From: Diadema antillarum
Lineage: Eukaryota
Direction of reading: 5' to 3'
DNA length: 64,000 nucleotides
NCBI RefSeq assembly: GCF_040938485.1
Contig: NW_027271242.1
Span: 434,001 to 498,000 of the forward strand
Made by a program: the position numbers and the translations under genes. This document shows positions 11,901 through 25,800 of the stretch, in pieces (within the stretch, counting starts at the first letter, position 1; each line of letters starts with the position of its first letter). The notes beneath the pieces were generated by a model. It had not been told where the DNA came from. It saw only the letters and a program-made list of their open reading frames with translations, and ran no database searches.

Positions 11901-14900
11901 CCAAATATGACCACAGTAAGAAATGTGTGACAAGGATAGATAAAGTACGGTTCATGACCCATCATACTTCTCACAACTTTGGGTAATAACTAAACCTCTC
12001 AAAAAAGTCCTGCAATTCCAATTTGATGCATCATATTTCTCTTAAAACTACATCATTTCATTCAAATGTGGCATAAGAAGAAAGCCTGATTAATTTTATT
12101 TGTAATGACAACTCACTTATTTACATTATGCATTCCTGGAATGCACAGTATGACCGAGTATCAGGAAAGGTCAAAGGTCAAGCAAACAAGCTATGTCAAA
12201 CAGTATAATTTCCGTTTGCTTGGTCGTTTCAGGGAAGGAATGTGCTTGAAAAGAATGCATTGTGAGATTATCATTAGATTCCAGGCTTCATCAATGAACT
12301 AAAAACTGCAGTAGTATCTGCAGATTAAAATTAAACATAAAGGTTGACCAAACAGTCATCTAAATGTTTACGAAGTTTACGGAGTTACGGAGTTTTTGAA
12401 AGTGCTTTTGAAAGTGCATTTGAAAATGTTTACGAAGTTACAGAGTTTTTGAAAGTGCTCTCATTTCAGCATTGCTTATTCCAGTGGCCTTTTTTCATCA
12501 AAACTGTACAGTATCAACAGCAGAATTGTTGCAACTTTTCACTTTTGATCTGTCCTCATACTCAGCTGTTTTGCACATTTCAAGAACACCAAAGCAAGTG
12601 AAGTGTCATTTTAAAGATAAATAATCAGGCTTTATTATGATGTCATATTTAATGAAGACAATGCCGGGATAAGAGAAATATGACATATCAAACTTTAATT
12701 GCAGAAGTTATTTTGAGGGGTGTATATTCAACTGCACATTGAGAGTTCAGGGGACACCTCCATATCCTAGTTTCACTTCTCGCCACTGACATCAGATCTG
12801 TAATAATAATAATACGGTGCTTATATAGGGCATATCACTACCGCAGCGTCTCTGCGCTTGTTGGAGAGAGGTAATCAAGCAGCTGTGAGGTGCTTGATGT
12901 AAGAATATCATCTGCAATGATGCAAAGCTTAGAAACACAACATAAAATACACTTCACAGTATATCCTCTAACTGCACATGGTTCTCATTTTCATCATAAA
13001 GTAGTGCTTACCAGCTCAGTCCTCCCAGGTCTGCCTGGCCATTTACAAGCTTCTTCCACTGCTCGGCAGTCTTATTCACTACGTCTAGCGCAAAATCCTG
13101 AATGACAATAGTAAAACAGGAAGAAGAAACAAGAATGTGAAACACACCAGGTATACAAGTACATCGTTTGTGTTTCACCCTTTCGCGACCAACCGCGAGT
13201 TAACTCGCCGGGCACTGCGCCGCGTCCCAGCCCAATAGCGAGTTAACTCGCCGAAACACCTGTCTATGATTGTGAATAAAAGCTCTGTTTGCGGCCCTCG
13301 TGCGGTGAAAGTTCGCCATTCACGAGTTCGCTGCATCTCCACTTTTTGTAGATACCAAATACGATGGGGGTTGCCATTGAAAATTCTTGAGAAAACTTTC
13401 AATAAAGCTCTGTAATTCATCGCTGCTTCGCGAGTGTAGCGTAGTGTATTTAGTGAGTCTGACTTCATGACAATTTCGCGAGTGGTTAAATTCGCGATTG
13501 TGAAGTTCAGCGCGTGCGGGATGCAGAACGTAGGCATGCACGTCTCGCTAAATTCGCAAAACTAAAATCATTGCGCAATATTCAGCGTAGTACAGGTAAA
13601 TAACGTGTATTAAAGTCTATGGGAGCGCTGCAGTATCGTAAGGTTTGGCTGTATAAATTCTGATTTTCAAGACTGAATATTTATTTTCCTATCGTCTCCA
13701 GAATAACACAAAGCTGATAGCTTGAAAATATGATTATCAGAGAATATCTATTATATAAGAAAATTCCTCATCTGGTCAACAAAACTCCTCCCTCTCGAAT
13801 TTATCGCAAACCTCATCTTGCTGTGGTTCGCAAGTGTAACATAATTACGTGTGAGTCTATGGGAGAGATGCAATATTGTAGTTTAGCTAGTATCAATTCT
13901 GATTTTCTAGACGAAATATTTATTTTTCTATCATCTCCAGGGTAAATTAAAGCTGATGGCATAAAAATATGATTATCAGAGAACATCTTTTACACAGGAA
14001 GTTTTCTCATTCGTGGCTTATGAGAAGATGTAAAGATGAGAAGATGAAAACCAGTTTGCATTGAGCACGCTGCTGCACAAATTCAGTGGTCCTAGCAGTG
14101 GGGTATTTGTAACAGAATGCGGTCGCGAAAGGGTTAATGTCATGGGCTCCTATATTTGGCTTGCACTTTATAATAAAAAACATTAAACTCCGCTTAATAC
14201 GTTTATATTGTGTAAGTCTATGCATTGCAAAGTCTTTTCTAACAAAAGAAAATACATTGTGCAAGTCCACATTTCTACGTCCAAAAATTGCCTATGTTAG
14301 CATGATCTATTGGTTAGTCAGTTCTGGATATGTTGCTTTTTAAAGGTTTACTGCATACTGTAAAACGAGGAATGTTCACGTGCCTTTTGATTTCGCAAAT
14401 TTCGCGAGCGCCAAGATTTGTGAAATTAAAATGCATGCAAAAGTTCTTGTCTACACTACTGTATATGCATTGAATGCCAGTGGCAGTTCACGAAAATTTC
14501 ATGCCGCAAAAAAAATCCGTCGGCTCCAATTCGTGAAAAATTCATGCCGCGAATATATCATGTTTTACAGTATATCTAGTATATAAATCTGTTAAGGAAA
14601 CCAACAAATTTGAAACAATGAATGCCTTCATATCAATGCAGGCATACCTCAATCGATGCAAAATCACAAGACTTATTTTGCTATACCAGGTACAACATGT
14701 ATATCAGTGATATTCCCTTCCAGAACAAAATTTCCATTAATATAAAGAATTTGTAATAATTAAATAATGCACACACATTCTTTCTTCTTCTTCATTTCCT
14801 AAATTCTGTTCATAAATGAATATTTAAGAAACATGACATCCTCTATGACTATCTAAATACGCATCACAATTTCGGTGTGTACGTAGTAAATCATCCTCCC

Positions 14901-17900
14901 CGCTGTCATAATACAAACTGAGATATGGGGCACAGATTGTATCATGGTTTATGCTGTGTAATCTCTCCTTACCCTGTTCTTGGCTTGTCCTTGAAAGGCA
15001 AACTCGTTCAAAGGTTTGCCATCAGGCACCTTGTAGATCTTGAACCAGTTGACAGATGCCTGAAACAACAGCAGGTGATATTCATTACTTGAAAGTGTGA
15101 TGGTTTGTTTGGGTAGTTAATTTTTCGAGAATGTTTGCTAAATGCAACCATGAAAAGGCTCCATAACCGTAAAAACCACCAAGATTACTAAAAATCACAC
15201 CAATCATGCTTTAAATTCATACAAACAGAGTAGGCTATGACCAGAAAGAAAGCTGGGATCATCTACATGTCAAAACTAGATATATCGCTACGGCTACTGA
15301 TATGCCTCCGCCATAATGCATGGTTCTCCTAATAGGTCTATAGTACAATGTCTTGACAATGTGTGATGACAGTTTCACACAATTGGCAAAATATTAAAAT
15401 GACAGGTTTGACACAAATGTGCTAAATGTTCACTTTCCTAGAACCAGGTTCAATTGGATGAATGATTAAAATGTCAGAGTGCAGGTATTTGGGGAACTGA
15501 TGATTTTTACTTGACTTTTGACCCTTTTATAAGTTTATGCATTGAGTAATTTTCAAGGTATTGAGAAAAAGTATAATTTCAGTATCAAATGGGAAAATAG
15601 CATTATCTAAACCTGGCCTTTGACCTTTGACCTCACAGTTCCAAAGAGAATCACTGTTAGGTTGAACATGCATAAATATGTAAGTTTCATGATGATACCT
15701 TGAGTTACTTTCGAGATATGGAGGAAAAAGTGCAATTTAGCACTTTCACTTGACCTTTTACCTTTTGACCTTTGACCTTTTGTCAAGAAACTTCCCCAAA
15801 AATATATATTGGGTAATACATGCCATACATCAAGTTTAAAAAAAAAAAAAAACCTTCAGGCATTGCATTTTAAGGAAAGTAGTGATATTTTGAGGAGTTG
15901 ACCTTGACCTTTGACCCCCCCCCCCCTGACCTTTGACCCATGACCCCCAACTTCCCTAGATAATCACTGCCCATCGGTACAAGCATATATACTAAGTTCC
16001 ATGAAGATACCTAGAACCATTTGCGAGATATGGAGAAAAACATGAAATTTCAAATTTTTTTTCACAAAATAACCTGTGACCTTTGACCTTTGACCCTGTG
16101 ACCCTAAAATTCACACAAAGTATTATCCCCCAAGGATATACCCTCATACCAAGTTTGATGTAAAACCACCACACGGTTCTTGAGATATCGACAAAAACAA
16201 AACGGGACGGACGGACGGACGGACGGACCGACCGACCGACGACCCGAAAACATAATGCCTCCGGCCACTTCGTTGCGGAGGCATAAAAACAAAAATGGAA
16301 TGATAAAAGCAAAGAAACCACTAATGAAAATTGCACTTAAGATCATATGAAAGTTCCCCCATACAACTTCAAAAAATAAATAAATTAATTTTAAAAATTA
16401 ATAGGAAAAGAACACAATGCCTTCCAACCTTTCATAACAGAGGCATAGAAACAATACCTTTGCCCCCCCCCCCCCCAAATGTGTATATACACACTCATGT
16501 ACAACTCGTTTAGACATACAGAGGAAAGAGTCAGTTGGGAAGAATAACATTTTACTAAGTAGTTAGCAGGTGCATTAAAAGTGAGTCAGTAATTAGCTGG
16601 GCAAGATTAGAATTGACGAACAGAAGACACTTACTTCAATGAAACCAGGCATGAGTCTCTGGATGTCAGCTATATCTGCACGAGGATGAAGAGAATGAAA
16701 ATTGAGTTATATTCACATCAAATATGACAGCGAAAGAAAGATTTTACACCACATAGTACACAATTTGAATTAGAAATGTATCATTATCAATTCAACTGCA
16801 TTGAGACTTGAAAAAGAAATGTCTATTTAATGAATATGAACTGTAAGTCTCATCACATTTGACATATCTTCTTTGAAGTAACTGAGATTCTAAAAAGTTG
16901 GCTTTTAATAGAGATCAATACAGATTTCACCCTCTCCCCAAATATTAACAGGCAATCAAGACAACTACAAGGCAAGACAAAGGACATCTGAAATTATATC
17001 GCCTCCTCTACTCCTGAAGAACAGCGGGGAAAAATACACCAACGGAGGAACAGAGTCTATTCAATAATGTTGACCTCTTGTACAAATCCAAAATCTAAGA
17101 GTTGGAATCATACAATATATAATACCATTAAAGAAAAAAAAAAAGAAAATTCATCAGCGACTTTCTTAGGAAGTCTCCTTGTTCATGGTAGCAAAGTTTG
17201 ATGTGGTATGGCCCGAATATGAAATCCACTCCAGCACAGCCACGGCAACATACCATTCATTTCACTTGCCAGGGGGTCAGTGACATCGATGGCGAAGATC
17301 TTCCAGTCCGTCTCGCCTAATTTGAAGAGATAATACAATGAATGCTAAAAGCATGATGATATGACACAGTGTATGTTATAAAATGGGCTTTAGAATCTCT
17401 GCAACCTAATTGGTCAATTGTCATGCATTCATTTTTACTGATCCACACTAAACCATGCATCTGGTAAAATCCGAATGCATGGCCATGCGTCCAGTAAAAT
17501 CCGAATGCATGGCTCAAGTCTTATAAAGTGTTGTAGGCGTACCGGACGCATGATGGGGGAAAAAGGTTGTATTTCATGAATTTACGGGCCTATTTTATAA
17601 CACGAATGATGCACAGGCCTATTTTGGGGATAAGTGAGAATTGGATGCTCTTGTTTAACTTTGGAACAGTCAAAAACCCACTCGTTGCTCTCGTGGGTTT
17701 AAACAGTTCCAATATTAAATTCGAGCATCCAATTCTCACCGATCCACTCTGTTCTGTGCATCATTTGTACAATAATTTCTCCTCCAACACCTGCAACGAT
17801 GCACCATTTACCACATAACTGCCATACCTCAACCCACTCCTTGGGCTAAGGTATCATTCCTGTACTTTAACTGCATGTTTATATCGTCACCACTTCCTTA

Positions 17901-19851
17901 TCACTCAAAGAGAAAAAAATAAATAAACAAGTATTAAAATAACAGAAAATCCAGGTAGTCTTGTGAATATCACAATAGTGACATTTTCTACCCAACCGTA
18001 ATCCATCATCAGTTGCAATTTCATAAAGATCATTAAAATTTTGAGGACTATTAAAGTAAATATTGAGCATATTACGTCCTACTTTTTGCTTTATATACAT
18101 TTGCTCTCTTAGCGACATTTCTTTACATTTAAATTTTCAAAAGGTGGGACTCTGAAGATTCTGCTCCATATGATAACTTATCAAGGACATAGTGTTATTT
18201 CATGGTTTACCTATCTATTATAAGACATTATTATTCTGTTGACTAAAAGCTTGACTAAAGCTATTGCACATATGTGGCAAGAGGATACCAAAATAAGTGA
18301 TTCACTAGCATATCAACTAGACAGCTTTCAATTTCAGAACTTTTATATACATTTCATTACATTACTGCATGCAAATGAAATACTGCTTCTGTTAAAAAAA
18401 GAAAAAGATGATCATCCATTCTAATTAAAGCACAAACTGTCCTTCCTTTACTGCGATGCCTACCTTCATCTATCAAAGCAATGGTACCGAGGATTTTCAC
18501 TTGCAAGACTTCTCCCCTCTTGGCGACCTTGACATGAAGAAAAATGCAAAAGATACACAACCTAATATTCAATATGATCAATAAAATTTGGGCCTTTTAC
18601 ATAACCTGCAGCTTATCATTTGAACTCTTGTTACAAAGATCTGTGTCTATCATTTTGTATGACCCGCTCACCAGCACAAGATTCATCTGCTTAAGACTAG
18701 TTCTCTCATCATGATTGCTGGTTTGTTTGTTCCTTTTATTCATTACACATATACAGTAGCACTCTCAAAAGGCAATATGGAACAGCTGTACAAATATCAG
18801 CCTACCTACATCGATATGTATCCACCTTTTGCACTTTCAGTGGTATCTAATGACTGAATAGTGGAGCATGTTTCCCTATACTGATCATTGCTATCACGAA
18901 AATTTATCCATGAAACATAAACAACACATCAGCTTTTGTGTCCAGTATCATCAATACTTTGCCCCAAAGCATTAAAAACTGGAGAGGGGTGGGGAGTGAA
19001 TAAGTCTTGATATACTGTAAAAGTGGATATTTTCACGCGACTAATTTTTCGCACTTGGCCCGGTAAGAAGAGTTTCGCATGTTTTTCATTCCGCGAAATC
19101 ACCATGTGCATTGACTACAGGAACACATGGCATGCAAAAGTATTCACATGCTTTTATTTTCGCGCTAGCTTCTGGTTGCGCGAAATGCGCGAAAATTTCA
19201 ACACCGCGAAAATTTCCACTTTTACAGTAGTCACTCAAGTTTCGATATGCATGTGCCTTCAAAATGTTTGATTATTGACACAATGATTTGCTTTCATGTA
19301 ATCAATTGATAAGAAAATGAGTCAATATTACAATATCTCACATACCTTTCTCCCAATCTCACAGACATCAATAGGGTCATTGTCTCCTTTACATCCTGTG
19401 CTGTCATCAGTATGATTGGGATCTTCCCAGGTCTGAAACACAGCAAGACGTATACCAAGTGTATATTGCATAATTCATGTGCATTGAAGACATGATTTTA
19501 GATGTACATGTACCTCACTTTTTAATACTGAAAACAAAGCTAAACAAAACAAGCAAAAAGACAAGAAAGGAAACCTTGTTTTGTGTTTCAAGAGAAACAT
19601 ATTGGCTGAACATGTCATCCTGAATGACTCCTACATTTATTTTTTATTTTTGCTTCACATAAAATGTCACATCAGAACTAAAGGTTGTGCTACTACAGTT
19701 GTATTTCAGTTAACTCTTATACAACATCTGTGATTTAAATGTGATTGTCTTTTGTATTGAGACAAGTTGAGCAAAGCTTTACAGAGAATTTTCGTTAATG
19801 GTACCAGACACAAAATGTTCCAAGGAATACTACCTATGATGAAAAAAAAAT

Positions 19852-19899
<48 letters not shown>

Positions 19900-22800
19900 A
19901 CACAATCACATCAAGAACAGTTGCAGTGCACCTTCAGGAGCATAAATCATACGTTAACAAGTATGTCATAGACCAATTGTTATCAGTACATGCATCAAAT
20001 AAAATGCATTTTTTATGTGTTTTCTGTTTCTTTACAGTATCTAAAGTCAATAAAGAAATTTGTTTTCTGAGAACTACCTGTAGGTAATTACTTGCTTCAA
20101 GAATACTTTGTACGGTACACAGGTTTAAAGAGCAAATAAATATTAGACTACATGTTGTATCAATTCAAAACCTGCACAGACATGAAATCATATCAGATGA
20201 TGCTTGATCATGACAAGATACACATGATTTGTTAAATGACAATCAAGATCTACTGCCAGTGCAACAACAACAAAAACAAAAGATAACATAATCAGATATA
20301 CATAAACATTATACATGTATATATGCACTAGAATCAGACCTAGTTTAATCTTGGAACATTTCAAGGCATTGGACATTTTCATGAATTTCACTCTTCCAAA
20401 TTAGCTCAATAATAAGATGTCTGTTATCTTATACAAAATCAGAGAAGAAATGCTCTTTTCCACAAACTTCATATAAACAAGAAAATATCACTGATATCCA
20501 ATGAATCCATAGAATCCACAGTTTAAGAATATCGTTTTTCCTTCTCTCTTTCTCGCTCTCTCACCTGTATAGTCTGTATACATGATTTGAATAATATGAA
20601 CAGAAGTGCAAACAAAACTTTATAACACCACCATCAAACAAAAGATAAATGCCTGATAGTAGGCACTTCAACCTTTTGAGTTTGGTAGTAACTTTTTTTT
20701 TTCTTTCTTTTTTTTTTTTTTTTTTTGTCTGATGAGCATAATCCATGTGCTCTACTCTGAAAACACCAGTGGAATTGAATCATCAGCAATATACAAATCA
20801 CTTTGAGAAAGTTACAAGTACATACTAAAACCCAAACAGTTCATCACCAGTTGTCATAAAGTCTTGCTGTAGTCATTTGTGTTTCTTTGAGGCAAATTTC
20901 AATATCTGCAGTATTCGGCCACACAAAAATGAGAAGACAAACCTCATAAAAATAACAGCAGTGTAAACAGACCTTTCTTGACCGTTCATATGGTAAAAGC
21001 GAATTCTGCTTTACCTTACATAATCTTTGGTTGGTACTGTATGTGTGTATTTGAAGTGCAGCTATTTGGAATTCTCATTTATCCATTATTCTTGGATCAT
21101 GACAGTTTAATAAACATGCTGACTGCAAAACATCATCTGGCTGATATTACCATTATATGCAGTACTGACTTCACAACTGAGTGAATGACTATGAAATGAG
21201 AACAAAAAAGTTGTTACAAAGACAGCTGTTTTTTAAATTTTCTTGCAAAATCTGACAAAATTTGTCAAATGCTGACAGTTCCCCAGTCATACCTGAGGGA
21301 GAGCGCCGTAGTTCCAGATGTACCCGTGGTACGGGAAGCAGTTTCGCACAAAGCGTAGCTTGCCCTTCTTCACATCTTGCTTGATTGGGTTCATGACGGC
21401 TTTGGTGTCAATCTGAAAGAGGAAATGAATTACATGAGAAAACACACATTCCTACCACATCCCTTCAGTACCGCTCTGAGAAGCAAAAGCTCTTGGTTCG
21501 GCATCACCATCATAAACTCACTACATACTAAAGATTTACTGTAAAAGCCTTACAACATGTCACTCTACAACACTGGACAATACTTCCTATTACAATATCA
21601 CATACTGTGCATGCAACTGGTGAAAGTAAGCCCCTGTAATTGTTGAAACAAGTGTTAATGGCATAGATTACTTGGCGACAGAACATACTATCAAACATGT
21701 TGCTGTCAAACAGTTCAATTTGCTTTGGCATGATTTTCTACATACTATGTATTATAATCACAAACGGCTGTATATCAAAAAACCTTCTGGAGAAGATTTC
21801 ATCATGTACAACCATCTGGATGTGTGTGTGTATGAGAAAGAGAACGAATGAGAAAGAGAGATGTTGACAAACTAATAAGAACTACGTAACATTGATTTCA
21901 AATTTCCTTTTTCCGACACTCTCCCTCAAGATACTTGGAAGTCATTCTAGACATGTAACAGTGCAAATGAAATGATTCTAGTCTATTTTTCACTAAATTC
22001 ATTGAAGACTAGACCCGAGTATACTCAAGCAGGTGTCTATGGGAAATGCGTGTTATAGCCAAATCAGCCCATCCTCAAGGGGTTAAAGGGAACACAAACC
22101 CAAAGAGCAATGTGGATTGAGTAAAAGCATTAACATTAAAAGAACACATCAGTGAAAGTTTGAGGAAAATCGGACAATCGGTACAAAAGTTATGTATTTT
22201 TAAAGTTTTGGTGTTGGAACCGCTGGATGAGGAGACTACTAGAGGTTATGACGTATGAGTGGACAACAATATAAAGAAAATATAAAAGGAATTCCACAAA
22301 AATCACTTTTATAGCAAAATGAAAGAGTACTTGACTAACCTCTTTCAGAAAGCAGGGGGAATAAGTGCTACCCCTAACATATGTCAGTATCAAGTTGATG
22401 GAATGTGTAATTTTCATGAAAAATGAATTTCTATTAATTCTCTTTAAATTTCTTCATGTTGCAGTCCTCTCATACGTCATAACCTCTAGTAGTCTCCTTA
22501 CCCAGCAGTTCCAACACCAAAACTTTAAAAATTCATAACTTTTGTATCGATTGCCCGATTTTCCTCAAACTTTCACTGATATGTTCTACTAATGTTACTG
22601 CTTTCACTCAATCCACATTGCTCTTTGGGTTTACGTTCCCTTTAAATTGCAATTTTCCAATTGAAATATGGCTACAGTAGCTGTGATCAGTGTTTGTTTT
22701 TGTTTTGTAATTGTTTTTAGGTCATTATACATACTTACTACCTCTCAATGTTGGTAAATATTTCATAACAGTTACAGATGATACATCCAGTTGCTAATAA

Positions 22801-25800
22801 CACAGATATACAGCTCACTATACATCATTGTACCTTACAGCTTAGCTCACCTCCATCTTTGCATTTGTCCATCTTGGTACTTCCACAACCATGTTGAAAA
22901 TTTGTTTCTGTGAAATAAATGGTGCAAATAAGAAACATTATGTTTGTATATAAAAAACTACAGTATAATAACTTTAGCTTTGACTCTGCATTTTAGCAGT
23001 AAATTTGGACAAATTAATGTCATGAGCAATCACAGCATACTGCTGTAAGAACACATTTTGTACATTTAGACTGTAAAATTCAATTTCATTTACAGTGTAC
23101 ATGTACATCCCCTAGCTCCCCCCCCCCAAAAAAAAAGTGGGTCATTGTTATTATCAATTAAACTCATTTTTAAACATTTACTCTTTTTATTTCAAGAAAT
23201 ATCAAATACAAAAGATGAACATACATGTCAAGTAAATGATGCTAGATGGCTGATTTTCATAACATGGCTTTTTTCAAATATATGACAGCAAATTGTATTT
23301 CCCAACTGTCCCAACACATTAAAAAAGTGTATTTCACATGTAATGTCAAAATTGATGCATAGAAAACACATTCATGCCGAGTACACATAATATTCAAACG
23401 AGCTCTAGCTCTGCATAAAAGATCCTTCATAAATCAGCTTCATGTGCTTCCACAAACTGCACAGCAACCTCTGTGAAGCCATTGCTGAATTTAATGACAT
23501 AAATAAGTTGTCATGACAACATGAAGCCATATAGCAGCAATCACAATACAAATGCAATTTGGTAAATATATGCTGCATGGTTAAAGGGGGAGTTTCTCCA
23601 AATATATTGAGATTTATTGAATGCAAAAGCATTTGTAAAACATATCAATTCTAGTTTTTAAAAAAGTCATCTAAAAGTTTAATATGAATTCATTGCCACT
23701 GATTGACCAATTGTCCTTCATCAATGTCAGTATCAAATACTGATTATAGTGTTTGCATACACGTAGCAGCCATGATATACATTGTATTTCATACAAGTTT
23801 CATGAATTTGTGAAAGCTTTGGTCACATTCTCTAGATGGGAACTCTTACATGTTTATCTATGTCGCAATAGCACAACACTAAGAAAAATATTAAACGATG
23901 AGAATTTAATTTTCAACATCATTAAGAAGGAACTTGACTTGGCTCCTTCAGAACGGAATACTAGTACCTATTTTCCACAGATCTGAATATTTTACAAAGT
24001 TTACTTGAACTACCAAAGTAACTTATCACTGTTCAAAAATGTTGAAGATTCAGAACTTTTGAGCAGAGATGTCCGATGTTCCCAACAAAACAATAAACTA
24101 TCTACCCTAAATGAATCCACATTATGGTGTGGGAAATTCCTCCATATGAGCCTGAATGCTGCATTAATAGCATGCTTGAATACATCCACACTGTACACAC
24201 CAACAGCTATGTACAATGCATGTTCTGATAAACTTTATCTACAGAACATACAAAAACATTTACTTTAGCCTTGGTATTTAAACAACAAATTAATTTCCAG
24301 GTTGAAAGATAGGAAATTTGATATCAATCGTTCAAAAACTTCTACCTGAACTCAAAACACCACAGTAACGCACAGCATAATCAACATGATAATAATGCGT
24401 CCAAACATTATCCGGGGAATAATTTTCCAACTCAAATTTGATTAGCACTTTGTGATGATGAACAATATTTCAAATGGTATCCTGTACACTTCTGCTACTG
24501 CTATACAAAAGATAGTTTGTGTAGCAGTGGTGTAAAAATGCACCTACCAAAGTACCAGCAAATTGTGATGTGATACCAGGAAAATTATTCCCTGTCATCA
24601 GGTTTTCACTCATTACATGTAAGTCCATGTTTCTTTTCTTGATATAGAGGCTGAGGTATATATATCTATAGTTACTCTTCTTATGATGCTGTTCAAATAG
24701 GTATCAGATTTAAATAGCTAGTCAACAACCAATTACTAAAACTTATTGAACATGATCAAAACTGTCATACCTCTGCATCTGCATAAAGTGGTATGTCATG
24801 GAAAGGTGAGATCACGCTGCCATCACTATTCTCTGTTAGAATTGAATAAAAAGATAAAAGAAAACATAAAATATAAATGACCAAAAAAAAAAAAGAGAGA
24901 CAGATTATTGAAAGTCAACTGACGTACTATGTAGCATTTAAACAGGTAGTTCAAAATATCTTTGATCATTAACCTGTGTTGCATGCTGTGAGGTCCATGA
25001 AGCAGTTCTGCTCGACAATAATGCTCAAACAGTCACTAATTTTACACTGTGGTTGAACAGCTTTTGTATACATGTGTGTGTGTATGTGATTCTAAAAAAG
25101 ATGCATAAAATCAACAATACTTCAGTCAATTAACCTGTTCATTAAGGAAAGCTGGTATGTTAGGTTTCGGTGGCATCAATATATACAGCTATATGGGTAT
25201 CCTGGTACAATGTATACCAGGTTCCAAAAAGGTGGCAAAAGGATCCGTGCATTCATGGCCTAAATCCCTGTTTGTATGTGCTATGCTGCCCAGAAAAACA
25301 CGGCTTTGATAGAAATCTTAGAGTTTTATCCATCAATATCTGTTCTCTTTTGTATGAAAACTATGTGTATCACTGTATTATTTGGATAGTAACCTTATTC
25401 CAATGTAGTATGTGCTTGTTTTGCTACATACTCATATGAAGATGTGTCTATACTAGGGTGATCTAGGTTGAGCTCAGTACAAAGTGTAGATTTTGACTTT
25501 CCCTCACCCCATTCATGTGCCTCTTCTGTGTGTAACAAGAGTTTGTGAGCCCATTAGCACATGCTCCATTCATACCTTGCACCCAATCAATATTTTCATT
25601 GTTCGATGGCACATGTAGTTGACCTTGGAAAGGGGATACATGTACTTGTACCACTTGACTGCTTTTGCACAGGTGGATAACCAGCCTGTCTGTTCTCTGT
25701 TAACAAGTAAAAAGAATCTTGTATGGGGGAATTGAAGGCTCTCAGAGAGTTAACAAGATCAAAAGAGTAATTGAGCAGATTATTGACTCAAAGATTAAAA

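Noticed and set aside
25460-25695. Alternative PPA exon 2 (acceptor TTAACAG|AGAAC similar to the real exon 2; VSPF in one frame)
   Set aside because: The frame continuing from exon 1 has no similarity beyond KN and no good in-phase donor; the VSPF match is in another frame.
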